A DNA stretch of 64,000 nt from Acutalibacteraceae bacterium (GCA_045536525.1 JAZSNT010000004.1:6910-70909); one strand, 5' to 3'; shown: positions 45,467 to 55,205, numbered from the stretch's first letter. Notes: generated by a model from the letters alone, not told the origin. Program-made: numbers and translations.

Positions 45467-46609
45467 ATGCCTAAACTTAAACTTATGACCATTGTCGGTA
45501 CTCGTCCCGAGATTATACGTCTGGCGGCAGTTATCAAAAAATGTGACAAGTATTTTGAGCATATACTGGTACATACCGGTCAGAACTACGACTATACACT
45601 TAACCAAATATTCTTTGAAGATTTAGGGCTTAGAAATCCTGACCACTACCTCAATGCTGTCGGTAATGACCTCGGTGAAACGATAGGAAATATTATCGCA
45701 AAATCTTACAAACTGATGAATGAATTAAAGCCAGACGCTTTACTTATTTTAGGAGATACCAATTCCTGCCTTTCGGCAATTTCGGCAAAACGTCTTCATA
45801 TACCGATTTTCCATATGGAAGCTGGAAACCGTTGCAAAGACGAATGTTTACCCGAAGAAACCAACCGCCGTATTGTTGATATTATAAGCGACGTAAATTT
45901 AGCTTATTCGGAGCACGCACGTAAATATTTACACGAATGCGGTCTTCCTAAGGAACGCGTTTACGTTACCGGCTCTCCGATGGCAGAAGTTTTACGTGAA
46001 AATCTTTCAAAAATTGATGCTTCAAATATACACAAAAAACTCGGTATAGAAAAAGGAAAATATATTTTACTTTCAGCACATCGAGAAGAAAATATCGACA
46101 CCGAAAAGAATTTCTTATCGCTCTTTGGCGCAATAAATACAATCGCCAAAAAATACGATATGCCCATTCTTTATTCTTGCCACCCACGTTCTAAAAAGCG
46201 CATAGAGAAAAGCGGTTTCAAACTTGACGAACGTATTATCCGGCACGAGCCTTTGGGCTTCCACGACTATAATTGTTTACAGAAAAATGCTTTTGCTGTA
46301 ATCTCTGATAGCGGTACGTTGCCAGAAGAATCAAGTTTCTTCACAAGTGTCGGCTCCCCGTTCCCTGCCGTTTGTATACGCACCTCTACCGAACGCCCCG
46401 AAGCACTTGACAAGGCTTGCTTCGTACTTGCTGGTATAGACGAAAACAACCTTTTACAAGCGGTAGAAACGGCGATAGAAATGAATACAAACGGTGACTT
46501 TGGTATACCGGTACCTGATTATACTGATGAAATCGTATCTACCAAGGTAGTAAAACTTATTCAAAGTTATACCGGTGTAGTAAATAAAATGGTTTGGCGC
46601 AAATTTTAA
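45467..46609 (+). CDS. fnlC: UDP-N-acetylglucosamine 2-epimerase (non-hydrolysing), CapG/FnlC-type
   Basis: KLMTIVGTRPEIIRL N-terminus, then HTGQNYD and GDTNS motifs. Confidence 0.85.
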   Translation: MPKLKLMTIVGTRPEIIRLAAVIKKCDKYFEHILVHTGQNYDYTLNQIFFEDLGLRNPDHYLNAVGNDLGETIGNIIAKSYKLMNELKPDALLILGDTNSCLSAISAKRLHIPIFHMEAGNRCKDECLPEETNRRIVDIISDVNLAYSEHARKYLHECGLPKERVYVTGSPMAEVLRENLSKIDASNIHKKLGIEKGKYILLSAHREENIDTEKNFLSLFGAINTIAKKYDMPILYSCHPRSKKRIEKSGFKLDERIIRHEPLGFHDYNCLQKNAFAVISDSGTLPEESSFFTSVGSPFPAVCIRTSTERPEALDKACFVLAGIDENNLLQAVETAIEMNTNGDFGIPVPDYTDEIVSTKVVKLIQSYTGVVNKMVWRKF

Positions 46610-46620
46610 GACATAAAAAT

Positions 46621-46648
46621 AACCCGCTCTTACGAGCGGGTTAAATTT
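46621..46648. terminator. Bidirectional terminator closing the polysaccharide locus
   Basis: AACCCGCTC-ttac-GAGCGGGTT stem flanked by A/T runs, between convergent genes. Confidence 0.75.
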
Positions 46649-47887
46649 TTAATATCCAATATAAGATGCAGGGTTGATTTGTTTGCCGCCTTTGAGAATT
46701 TCAAAATGTAAGTGCGGACCTGTTGAACGACCGGTATTGCCAAGTTTAGCAATCTGCTGACCCTGACTTACGGTAGCGCCTTTTTTAACACAGAGTGCAC
46801 TGTTATGTGCATAACGTGTCTGATAGCCGTTGCCGTGGTCTATTACAACTGCGTAACCATAGTTACCGTCCCAACCCGAGAAAGTAACCTTACCGCCTTT
46901 TGCTGCGAAAATCGGAGAACCGGTATCACCTGCAAGGTCGATACCCTTATGACCTCTTCCGTCTCCCCAATATGCAGTAACGAGTTTTACATCACCCTTA
47001 TTCATAGGACGGATAAAACCTGCCGACTTAGCATTTGCTTTGCTTGTAGCAGTTGCAACAGGAACTGCCGTACCCTTCAAAACAACCTTTTCAACGGGTT
47101 TTTTAACGACTTCTTTTTCAAGAACGGTTTTTGCAACCTGCTTACCGTTTACTGTTTCCACAACATAAGTTTCAGTTTCAAGGCCTTGTTCACCTTTGGT
47201 TTGTACCTTTTCATAGGTGCGGTCTTGCTTATCTGTATATAAAGTCTTGGTGGTATACTTTATAGCGGTTTCGGTAGTAACGGTTGATACCGTTTTAACC
47301 TCTAATGCGCCTACCATTGATTCAATATCTTCGTAAGACTTGATATCGGCTTTCAAACAACAACCTTCGATAATTTGGACATCATCAGTAAAGGTTGATG
47401 TATTCTGCGCACCCTTTACGTAATACTTACAAAGAGCAGTATCTACTATTTTATCAAGTTCAGTTCTGTCTCCGTAAGCTAAAACCTTTCCGTTTACAGT
47501 AAGTGCCGATGAAAAACTGATTTCTTCGGTGTTATCAATAATGGCATCTGCAAGATTCTCTTCACAACAAATGTTATTGATTGTAGTTACCGTCAAAGAA
47601 AAATCCGGTTTTTCGATTACGCTTTCTTTATCTTCTGAATCAATATTCGCAAGAACTGTCTTTTTAGCCTTCTCAAAAACATCGGTACTGCTTACAACCG
47701 CAATATTCTTACCGTTATACTCAACATTAAAACCAATAGTAATGCCACAAGCAACAATGCTTAAAACTAAACCGATTACAGCCACCATAGCAAAAGCGGT
47801 AAATCTAACTAATATTCTGTTTTTCTTTACGAATTTGGAAAATTTGTTGAACGCTTCAACGGTCAAATCCTTAAAAATAACAGCCAC
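46649..47887 (-). CDS. M23-family peptidoglycan metalloendopeptidase with an N-terminal membrane anchor
   Basis: 412 aa with HKGIDLAG and GPHLHFEI zinc motifs at the C-terminus and a TM segment near residues 30-50. Confidence 0.85.
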   Translation of the reverse strand: MAVIFKDLTVEAFNKFSKFVKKNRILVRFTAFAMVAVIGLVLSIVACGITIGFNVEYNGKNIAVVSSTDVFEKAKKTVLANIDSEDKESVIEKPDFSLTVTTINNICCEENLADAIIDNTEEISFSSALTVNGKVLAYGDRTELDKIVDTALCKYYVKGAQNTSTFTDDVQIIEGCCLKADIKSYEDIESMVGALEVKTVSTVTTETAIKYTTKTLYTDKQDRTYEKVQTKGEQGLETETYVVETVNGKQVAKTVLEKEVVKKPVEKVVLKGTAVPVATATSKANAKSAGFIRPMNKGDVKLVTAYWGDGRGHKGIDLAGDTGSPIFAAKGGKVTFSGWDGNYGYAVVIDHGNGYQTRYAHNSALCVKKGATVSQGQQIAKLGNTGRSTGPHLHFEILKGGKQINPASYIGY

Positions 47888-48212
47888 ATCCTTACCAAAA
47901 ATTACAATTTGTAATATTCACAAGTATTATTATAACAAAAAGGTTACAAAATTGCAACCTTTTTTTAATATTTTTTTAACTTTTTTAAATTTTATACAAA
48001 AATTCCTAATAAGGATGCTTTTTATAGAGACTACATATATAATATATATAAATAACATTGTATAAGGAAACGATTTTTATACTATGTTTTACTGTAAAAT
48101 CTGTTAAAATATTTACATTTTTTGAATATGGGAAATCGCCTGCAAAATGATGTCGAATTTACTCGAAATGATTTACATAATTATTATATTGTCATTATAT
48201 ACAAAATGCTAT

Positions 48213-48310
48213 TTATCCAACTTATCCACATAGTTTTCCACTATTTTTGTGTGGAAAACCTTATTTTAATGTGGTACAAGCCCTAAAACTGTTAAAATCT
48301 CTGTGGATAA
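48213..48310. promoter_or_regulatory. DnaA-box cluster in an AT-rich spacer
   Basis: Perfect boxes are TTATCCACA (48222-48230) and TGTGGATAA (48302-48310). TGTGGAAAA (48250-48258) has one mismatch. TTATCCAAC (48213-48221) and TTTTCCACT (48234-48242) have two mismatches each. Confidence 0.6.
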
Positions 48311-48381
48311 GTTGAAAAACTTTTACGGTTGTTTTAGTTTACATAACAACAAAATATGTAAAATTTCGGTCACTTTTTTCA

Positions 48382-49593
48382 TTATTTTTTAAGTAAAATA
48401 TCCATCACTTTCGGGCCGTGTTCTATAAAGACGTCAGTTGCCTTTGCATTGGCTTCGGTAAAGGATTCTACACCCTTTTGCTCCTCTTTACTGTCATAAA
48501 TCATAAAGGGAACAGGCTCTCGCGAGTGGGTCATAGTATCAAGCGGAGTCGGATGGTCGGGCATTACAAGAATTCTGTAATCCTCTTTGCAGGCATTCAA
48601 ATATGTAAGTATCTGCTTTAAAGTACGCTCTTCTATAAGTTCTATTGCTTTAACCTTATTTTGCGCTTCACCGCGGTGACCGCATTCGTCAGGTGCTTCG
48701 ATATGCACATACACAAGGTCGCAATCGTTTTGGAACGCTTCTATCGCCGCAGCCGCTTTACCCTCAAAATTTGTATCCAAATATCCTGTTGCGTTGGGGA
48801 CCTCAGGAGTTTGCATATTGGCGCAAATACCAATACCTTTCAAAAGGTCAACAGCGCTTACAACTGCACCCTTGACACCATTCTTTTCGTAGAAATCTTG
48901 CAAAGCAGGTTTTCTGCCTTCACCCCAAAGCCAAATAGAGTTGGCTTCATTAAGTCCTTTTTTGCGACGTTCAATATTAACGGGATGGTCTTTTAAGATA
49001 TCGTAACTTTTTTTCATAAGTTCGATAAGAGGCTTGGCATTTTCGGAATCACTTAAATAACCGCCAATAACCTTATCGCTTATATCGTGCGGCGGAGTCA
49101 TTTCGCCCAAATCGGTTGTACCATTTTGCCACACAAGACAATGCCGGTAACTTACTCCCCCGTAGAATTTATAAATTTCGTCACCCAAGTTTTCTTCCAC
49201 GGTTTTAATAATCTCGTGTGCTTCTTTGGTAGAAATATCGCCTGCGCAATAATCCACCATTTTTTTATCCGCATAATTTTCTTCATTTGACAAAGTTACA
49301 ATATTGCAACGAAGTGTTACATCAGTATCTTTTAAATCAATACCAATGGATGCGGCTTCCAAAGGTGAACGGCCTGTGTAATAAACCATAGGGTCATAAC
49401 CCATAACCGAAAGGTTTGCAACGTCACTGCCCGGTTTAAGCCCTGCGCCTACTGTACGGCACATACCCACAAGCGAGGTTTTTGCCAATTTATCTATAAG
49501 CGGTTTTTTTGCGAGTTCCATAGGGGTTTTACCGCCGAGTGCGTTATGGGGTATATCCGCCATACCGTCACATAAAAGTACCAAATATTTCAT
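48382..49593 (-). CDS. apgM: Cofactor-independent phosphoglycerate mutase, archaeal-type
   Basis: 403 aa with the MKYLVLLCDGMAD N-terminus and the metal-site block VHIEAPDECGHRG. Confidence 0.8.
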   Translation of the reverse strand: MKYLVLLCDGMADIPHNALGGKTPMELAKKPLIDKLAKTSLVGMCRTVGAGLKPGSDVANLSVMGYDPMVYYTGRSPLEAASIGIDLKDTDVTLRCNIVTLSNEENYADKKMVDYCAGDISTKEAHEIIKTVEENLGDEIYKFYGGVSYRHCLVWQNGTTDLGEMTPPHDISDKVIGGYLSDSENAKPLIELMKKSYDILKDHPVNIERRKKGLNEANSIWLWGEGRKPALQDFYEKNGVKGAVVSAVDLLKGIGICANMQTPEVPNATGYLDTNFEGKAAAAIEAFQNDCDLVYVHIEAPDECGHRGEAQNKVKAIELIEERTLKQILTYLNACKEDYRILVMPDHPTPLDTMTHSREPVPFMIYDSKEEQKGVESFTEANAKATDVFIEHGPKVMDILLKK

Positions 49594-49710
49594 ATTATCA
49601 TTCCTTTAAAAATTGCTAAGTCTATTATACCAACAATATTTCGTATTGTAAAGAAAAAAGGCTTTTCTTTTCAAACAATATAATGTAATATATTATTAGA
49701 GGTGAAAACG

Positions 49711-51768
49711 ATGCTTGAAAATCAAAAAGGTGAAATTCTATCCCCCGTAGGTTCTAAGGAGATGCTTTATGCCGCCGTACGCAGCGGTGCTGACGCCGTA
49801 TACCTTGGCGCAAAAGATTTTTCAGCAAGACGAAATGCTGAAAATTTTGATGCGTTTGAACTTTCAGACGTCGTTAAATACTGCCACATTAGAAACGTCA
49901 AGGTTTATCTCACTCTTAATATTCTTATAAAAGACGGTGAATTCAGTGATGCAGTAGCCCTTGCTACCAACGCATACAATGCCGGGGTAGACGGTGTTAT
50001 CGTGCAAGATTTAGGTCTTGCCGAATTTCTTCACAACGCACTCCCCGATTTGCCGTTACACGCCTCTACTCAAATGAGCATACATTCACCTGCCAGTCTT
50101 CCCTTGCTTAAAGAACTCGGCTTTAAACAAGTAGTAGTCGCCCGTGAAATGCCTTTTGAAGATTTAAAAAACTTTTGCCGTGAAGCCGAGCGCTTTGACA
50201 TTACAGTAGAAGTTTTCGTACACGGCGCTTTGTGTATGAGCGTTTCGGGACAATGCCTTTTATCCGCGTTTTTAGGTTCCAGAAGCGGCAACCGCGGTCT
50301 TTGCGCAGGTCCCTGCCGATTACCCTTTAAAACAGAAAACGGCACAGGTTATGATTTAAGTCTTAAAGACCTTTCTTTAATAGATTATATTCCGCAACTT
50401 TATAAAATAGGTGTACGCTCCTTTAAAATAGAAGGCAGAATGAAACGTCCCGAGTATGTTGCAGCCGCCACAAAAGCGTGTAAAGATGCGCTTATAAATG
50501 GTGTTATAGATACCGAATTAAAACAAACTCTCGGCAATGTTTTTTCACGCTCAGGCTTTACAGCAGGTTATTTAGAAAATAAACTCGGACGGGAAATGTT
50601 TGGCATACGCACCAAAGCAGACGTGGTTTCTGCCGATAAAGCGTTTCCTATTTTACACGAACTCTACCGAAGAGAAAACCAAAATGTCAAAGTGAGTGTA
50701 ACTGCAAAAATAAAAGAAAACCAACCTATCACCCTTACTTTATCCGACGGGCAACACACCGCCACCGCAACGGACGATATCCCCCAAAAAGCACAGAAAA
50801 AAGCTTTAACTTATGATGACGCACTTATAAATCTCACAAAATTCGGCGATACACCTTATTTCGCCGACGACACCGAAATTTCTATTGATGACGGTTTGTT
50901 TGTACCTGTGAGTGTGCTTAATAATTTGCGTCGCTCGGCTTGTGAATTATTAGACACAAAGCGTGCGGCAATAACACGTCAAAAAGCGGAAATCCCTTTT
51001 ATACCGTCACTTTTGCCGCAAGATAAAACAAAAACACCCGATATTGTAATCCGTTTAGAACATCACCGCCAGATACCGACCGATTTAAGCGGTATAAAAT
51101 CAGTTATAGTTCCGCTCGAAAAAGATTTCGAAAAAATAGACGGGATTATAAACATTGTGGATATCCCACGTGGGATAATAAGCGAAAAACAAATAGAAAA
51201 CCGCCTTATTACCTATAAACAAAAAGGATTTGATTCTTGCCTTTGCGGTACTCTTTCGGCAGTAGAAATTGCTAAAAAAACAGGTTTTAATATAATTGCC
51301 GATACGGGACTTAACATTCACAATTCATGCTCGGCAAAGGTTATAAAAGAACTCGGTGCAAAAGCAGTTATTTTATCATCGGAACTTACCGTTGATGCAA
51401 TTAAAAACCTTGCTTCCCCAATTCCGAAAGGAATTATTACCTACGGTAATATTCCGCTTATGTTATTCAAAAACTGCCCGATTAAAAACGGAAAATCTTG
51501 TAGCGAGTGCAACCAAACAGGTTTTTTAACCGACCGACTCGGCATAAAATTCCCCGTAAGATGTCGTATGGGTTACAGCGAACTGTTAAATTCCGTACCC
51601 TTGTGGCTTGGCGATAAACAAAATGACCTTTCATCGCTCGATTTTCAGGTTTTATATTTTACTAATGAAACCGCCGAGCAAATAAGCCACGTAATTGCTC
51701 GTTTTAAAAACAGTAAACCTTCTGCACTAAAATACACCCGTGGACTTTATTATAAAGGAACATTATAA
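49711..51768 (+). CDS. U32-family peptidase-like protein
   Basis: Motifs GADAVYLGAKDFSARRNAENF and E..VHGALCMSVSGQCLLS. The start was moved to the ATG behind the RBS AGAGGTGA. Confidence 0.8.
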   Translation: MLENQKGEILSPVGSKEMLYAAVRSGADAVYLGAKDFSARRNAENFDAFELSDVVKYCHIRNVKVYLTLNILIKDGEFSDAVALATNAYNAGVDGVIVQDLGLAEFLHNALPDLPLHASTQMSIHSPASLPLLKELGFKQVVVAREMPFEDLKNFCREAERFDITVEVFVHGALCMSVSGQCLLSAFLGSRSGNRGLCAGPCRLPFKTENGTGYDLSLKDLSLIDYIPQLYKIGVRSFKIEGRMKRPEYVAAATKACKDALINGVIDTELKQTLGNVFSRSGFTAGYLENKLGREMFGIRTKADVVSADKAFPILHELYRRENQNVKVSVTAKIKENQPITLTLSDGQHTATATDDIPQKAQKKALTYDDALINLTKFGDTPYFADDTEISIDDGLFVPVSVLNNLRRSACELLDTKRAAITRQKAEIPFIPSLLPQDKTKTPDIVIRLEHHRQIPTDLSGIKSVIVPLEKDFEKIDGIINIVDIPRGIISEKQIENRLITYKQKGFDSCLCGTLSAVEIAKKTGFNIIADTGLNIHNSCSAKVIKELGAKAVILSSELTVDAIKNLASPIPKGIITYGNIPLMLFKNCPIKNGKSCSECNQTGFLTDRLGIKFPVRCRMGYSELLNSVPLWLGDKQNDLSSLDFQVLYFTNETAEQISHVIARFKNSKPSALKYTRGLYYKGTL

Positions 51769-51777
51769 TAAAAAATC

Positions 51778-51807
51778 AAGCGGTAAAGTGACGTCACTTT
51801 ACCGCTT
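51778..51807. terminator. Perfect 30-nt palindrome, bidirectional terminator
   Basis: AAGCGGTAAAGTGAC / GTCACTTTACCGCTT followed by a T-run. Confidence 0.7.
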
Positions 51808-52068
51808 TTTATTATACGTCTACAATAGGTTGATTTTGATATTTTCTTTTTAAAAATTTTACAAGTATAAAAAATCCTATAAACAGCATAGCAAATATTG
51901 CCGTCAAGAAAACGGCGGTTATGATTTTTTCGGTGCTTACCGAAATTGCCGATTCTATAACCTGTGTACTAAAACCGGACATACTATGCGCCGTAAATGA
52001 TACTAAACCGCTTTTGCTAAATGCAATAACTATTCAAAAAATTACAGTCACTATTGCAAAATCCATAC

Positions 52069-52716
52069 CTATCCAAAAAAACTGTTGCTACGCATGAGTA
52101 CAATTATAGCCGCTATAATTATAAATGCTATTACCACCAATATCAAAGCGCCCCAAAGGGTAAGCGAATTTTTTATAACCAATGAAGTGTGTACCGTAGT
52201 AACAACGTCTTTTGCAGTTTTAATCAGAGTTATACTTTCCTCTATTTCCGCCTCGTTTTCCACGAAAAAATCATCTATACTTTTCTTTGCTTCTTCACTT
52301 TTGATTTTTCCGTCTGTGCTTTTTTGTGTAATATCTGCAATCTTCCCGCTCTTAACAGTAAAAGTCTCTCTTAAATCATCGGCATCAAACGTCTTATCCT
52401 CAGGCATTTCTAAAAATATTTTTGTAATCTCGTCAGCATAAACTTCAACAATGTCACCCGTTTGTTTGCTCTTCATTATCTTATCGGCTTCTTCGGGAGT
52501 AATATCGTATTTCTGAAGTGCTCGCTTGATTGACGGACTTTGCTCGACAACCTGCTCATAGTCCACTTTCCTCATAACCATAGCTATCGTTTCGGGCCGG
52601 GTAAGCGAGGTGATTGAATAATAAAACGGAACAAACGTAACACCTATCACTAAAATAACATTAAGTAAAACACACACAGTTATTTTAAGTATTTTTAACG
52701 CCGATTTTTTGCGCAT
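52069..52716 (-). CDS. Hypothetical membrane protein (coordinates as in the ORF track; 3' end uncertain)
   Basis: 215 aa with an N-terminal TM segment, a charged soluble middle and a C-terminal TM segment. The ORF ends at an A/T homopolymer. See the finding on possible fragmentation. Confidence 0.55.
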   Translation of the reverse strand: MRKKSALKILKITVCVLLNVILVIGVTFVPFYYSITSLTRPETIAMVMRKVDYEQVVEQSPSIKRALQKYDITPEEADKIMKSKQTGDIVEVYADEITKIFLEMPEDKTFDADDLRETFTVKSGKIADITQKSTDGKIKSEEAKKSIDDFFVENEAEIEESITLIKTAKDVVTTVHTSLVIKNSLTLWGALILVVIAFIIIAAIIVLMRSNSFFG

Positions 52717-52843
52717 ATTATTGCCACCTCTATTCTGTTTCTTATTCTACCACGAAAGAACATTTCAGACAACAAGCGTTTTTTATCAAATTTAAAATTT
52801 ATTTTATCTCTTTTTAAACCTTCCTTTAAATTTACTATATTTC

Positions 52844-53713
52844 TTACAAATTCTTTGCCAATTCTTTAATATATTCTTTTAATTCGTCCTTGGTTTCGGG
52901 ATGTGTAAGACCTACATCAATATTTGCCTTTAAAATGCCGAATTTATTACCCATATCATAACGTATACCGCTAAAGCCAACGCCTGTCATACCTTTGGTT
53001 TTGGCAATAACTTTCATAGCATCCGTAAGTTGCAACTCATTACCTGCACCAAGCGGTGTTTCTTCCAAGATATCAAAAATCTCTGGTTCTAAAACGCATC
53101 TGCCAAGTATTGAAAAATTAGAAAACTTTTCTTCTACTTTTGGTTTTTCCACCATATCGCTGACTGCATAAGTCTTATCGCCTGTTTTTTCCACTTTTAA
53201 TGAAGAATATTTAACAATTAAATTATCTGGTACTTCTTTGATGCCTACAACGCTCTTGCCAAACGATTCGTATGCCTCTATCAATTCTCCGATTGCAGGA
53301 ATTTCACCAATAATAACATCATCACCGTATAATACAGCAAACGGCTCGTTTCCGACAAACTTACGGGCACGAAGCACAGCGTCACCAAGACCCCGTGTTT
53401 CCTTTTGACGTAGATAGTAAATATTCGCCAAATTAGCCAAAGCGTCAAGTTCTTGCAAAGTATCTTGTCTGCCTCGCTTTAAAAGCATATTTTCGAGTTC
53501 TATCGAATGGTCAAAATGGTCTTCAATAATACCTTTTCCACGGTTTGTAATAATAAGTATATCGGTAATACCTGCTTTTACAGCCTCTTCAACTATGTAC
53601 TGTATAGCCGGTTTATCGACTATGGGAAGCATTTCCTTTGGCATAGATTTGGAAATAGGCAAAACCCTTGTTCCAAGCCCTGCAGCAGGGATGATTGCTT
53701 TTCTGATTTTCAT
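52844..53713 (-). CDS. galU: UTP--glucose-1-phosphate uridylyltransferase
   Basis: The start was moved to MKIRKAIIPAAGLGTRVLP behind the RBS GGAGGG. It has the typical GalU motifs LGDAV and VEKP. Confidence 0.9.
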   Translation of the reverse strand: MKIRKAIIPAAGLGTRVLPISKSMPKEMLPIVDKPAIQYIVEEAVKAGITDILIITNRGKGIIEDHFDHSIELENMLLKRGRQDTLQELDALANLANIYYLRQKETRGLGDAVLRARKFVGNEPFAVLYGDDVIIGEIPAIGELIEAYESFGKSVVGIKEVPDNLIVKYSSLKVEKTGDKTYAVSDMVEKPKVEEKFSNFSILGRCVLEPEIFDILEETPLGAGNELQLTDAMKVIAKTKGMTGVGFSGIRYDMGNKFGILKANIDVGLTHPETKDELKEYIKELAKNL

Positions 53714-53724
53714 AAAACCCTCCG

Positions 53725-54567
53725 TTAAATAAACATTACAATAAACATTGCCGCGTATTGTACAGCCATCCAACCCACAAGGAATAAAAAGATATTTACA
53801 CCGCCGCGTTTACGATAATCGGTTTCCGTATCCTCACTGTTTTCTTTAATATCCTTAACACTTTGTATAACGTGTTTGCGATAAATCCAATCGCCGAAAA
53901 TACCTGTTAAAACACGTAATGCAATTGCCAGCGAAGACCCTATTAGTCCTAAAAACAAAATATTAGGTTCTACATCTTTCAACATATCATTCATCGCCTG
54001 CGGCGTAAAAGCCATACCCTCGCCGCCATAAATCATATTTGTAAACGGTATGCTGAAAAGATTAGCAATTAAATCGATAACTCCCGCTATAATACCGTAT
54101 TTATACATCTTACGCGATAAAAACCAACCACAAGGTGAAATAAAGCCCAAAAAGTTCCACGAAGGCTTTCTGCCGCGTACAAACTTTGGAATATAGCGCA
54201 TAGTATTGGACACAACAAACTTAGCCGCCTCTTTGGCGGTGACACCGTCTTCAATAACTGTTTCAGGCTTTACACCGCCCAAAAAATCAATCGTGGCGAA
54301 CTGACCAAAGGGAGCCTGTGTAAACGGTGGCTGTTCTTCTTTTGTTGCTTGTTCCTCCTGTTTTGGCGGTTCTTCTTTTGGCTCATCCTGTTTTAATTTA
54401 TCATACTGATTTTCCGTGCCGTGCGCATCTGCCAAACCGCATTTTCCAATACTGTTATAGCATTCTCTGTGATGCGGTGCGCCACACTCGGGACAATATA
54501 CCACGTCATCCTCTTCAAAAAGATAAGAATGGCATACCACGCAACTTTGTTTTTTATCGTCAATCAT
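53725..54567 (-). CDS. Zinc-ribbon membrane protein, function unknown
   Basis: N-terminal CxxC...CPECG...HRECY zinc ribbon, a low-complexity E/P/Q linker and a C-terminal multi-TM region. Confidence 0.6.
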   Translation of the reverse strand: MIDDKKQSCVVCHSYLFEEDDVVYCPECGAPHHRECYNSIGKCGLADAHGTENQYDKLKQDEPKEEPPKQEEQATKEEQPPFTQAPFGQFATIDFLGGVKPETVIEDGVTAKEAAKFVVSNTMRYIPKFVRGRKPSWNFLGFISPCGWFLSRKMYKYGIIAGVIDLIANLFSIPFTNMIYGGEGMAFTPQAMNDMLKDVEPNILFLGLIGSSLAIALRVLTGIFGDWIYRKHVIQSVKDIKENSEDTETDYRKRGGVNIFLFLVGWMAVQYAAMFIVMFI

Positions 54568-55088
54568 ACTGTAACTCCTTTATTTGCATCAATAGCATTA
54601 AAAACACGGTCGAAATATTCTTTACCGTAATTATGGAAAAGACCGTCCTTTATCATTTTCTCTAATTCGGATTTAGAAACCCAACGGGCTTCCGCAACCT
54701 CGGATTTTTGCAATTTTAAATTTTCTACCGCAACATCACTGGTTATCATCCATACATCAAGCAAAGAATTGCGTCTTTTAAGACTTAAAATAGGTTTTAA
54801 GGTTTGCTCATTTGAAACAATGCCCAATTCTTCAAAAAGTTCACGGTTAGCGGCAGTATAAGAGCTTTCCCCTGCAACAGCAGCACCGCCCGTAGCCGCC
54901 CATTCGCCCGGCATAAGCTTCTTTTGGTCACTACGGCGTTGCAATAAAAACTTACCGTCATTCGATACAATCCAAATATGAACTACCAAGTGATATTCAC
55001 CGGGCTTTAAAAAACAGCGTCCACGTGCGACAGTTTTACCCGTAAGATTTCCGTCACTATCGAAAACGTCCCAGATTTCATTCCTCAT
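54564..55088 (-). CDS. NUDIX hydrolase
   Basis: Nudix box GEWAATGGAAVAGESSYTAANRELFEELGI. The start was moved to MRNEIWDVF behind the RBS GGAG. Confidence 0.8.
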   Translation of the reverse strand: MRNEIWDVFDSDGNLTGKTVARGRCFLKPGEYHLVVHIWIVSNDGKFLLQRRSDQKKLMPGEWAATGGAAVAGESSYTAANRELFEELGIVSNEQTLKPILSLKRRNSLLDVWMITSDVAVENLKLQKSEVAEARWVSKSELEKMIKDGLFHNYGKEYFDRVFNAIDANKGVTV

Positions 55089-55205
55089 ATTTAAAAATCT
55101 CCATAAAAATTCAACATACATTTATATTATATCAACATTATAAAAAAATTTCAATAATTTATATGTTACCTATTGTAAAATTTGAAAATTTGTGGTAAAA
55201 TAACA

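Noticed and set aside
47888-48381. The AT-rich spacer with DnaA boxes as the chromosomal origin (oriC).
   Set aside because: No dnaA or dnaN gene is adjacent and I saw no DnaA-trio-like repeat array. It is kept only as a secondary DnaA-box cluster hypothesis.
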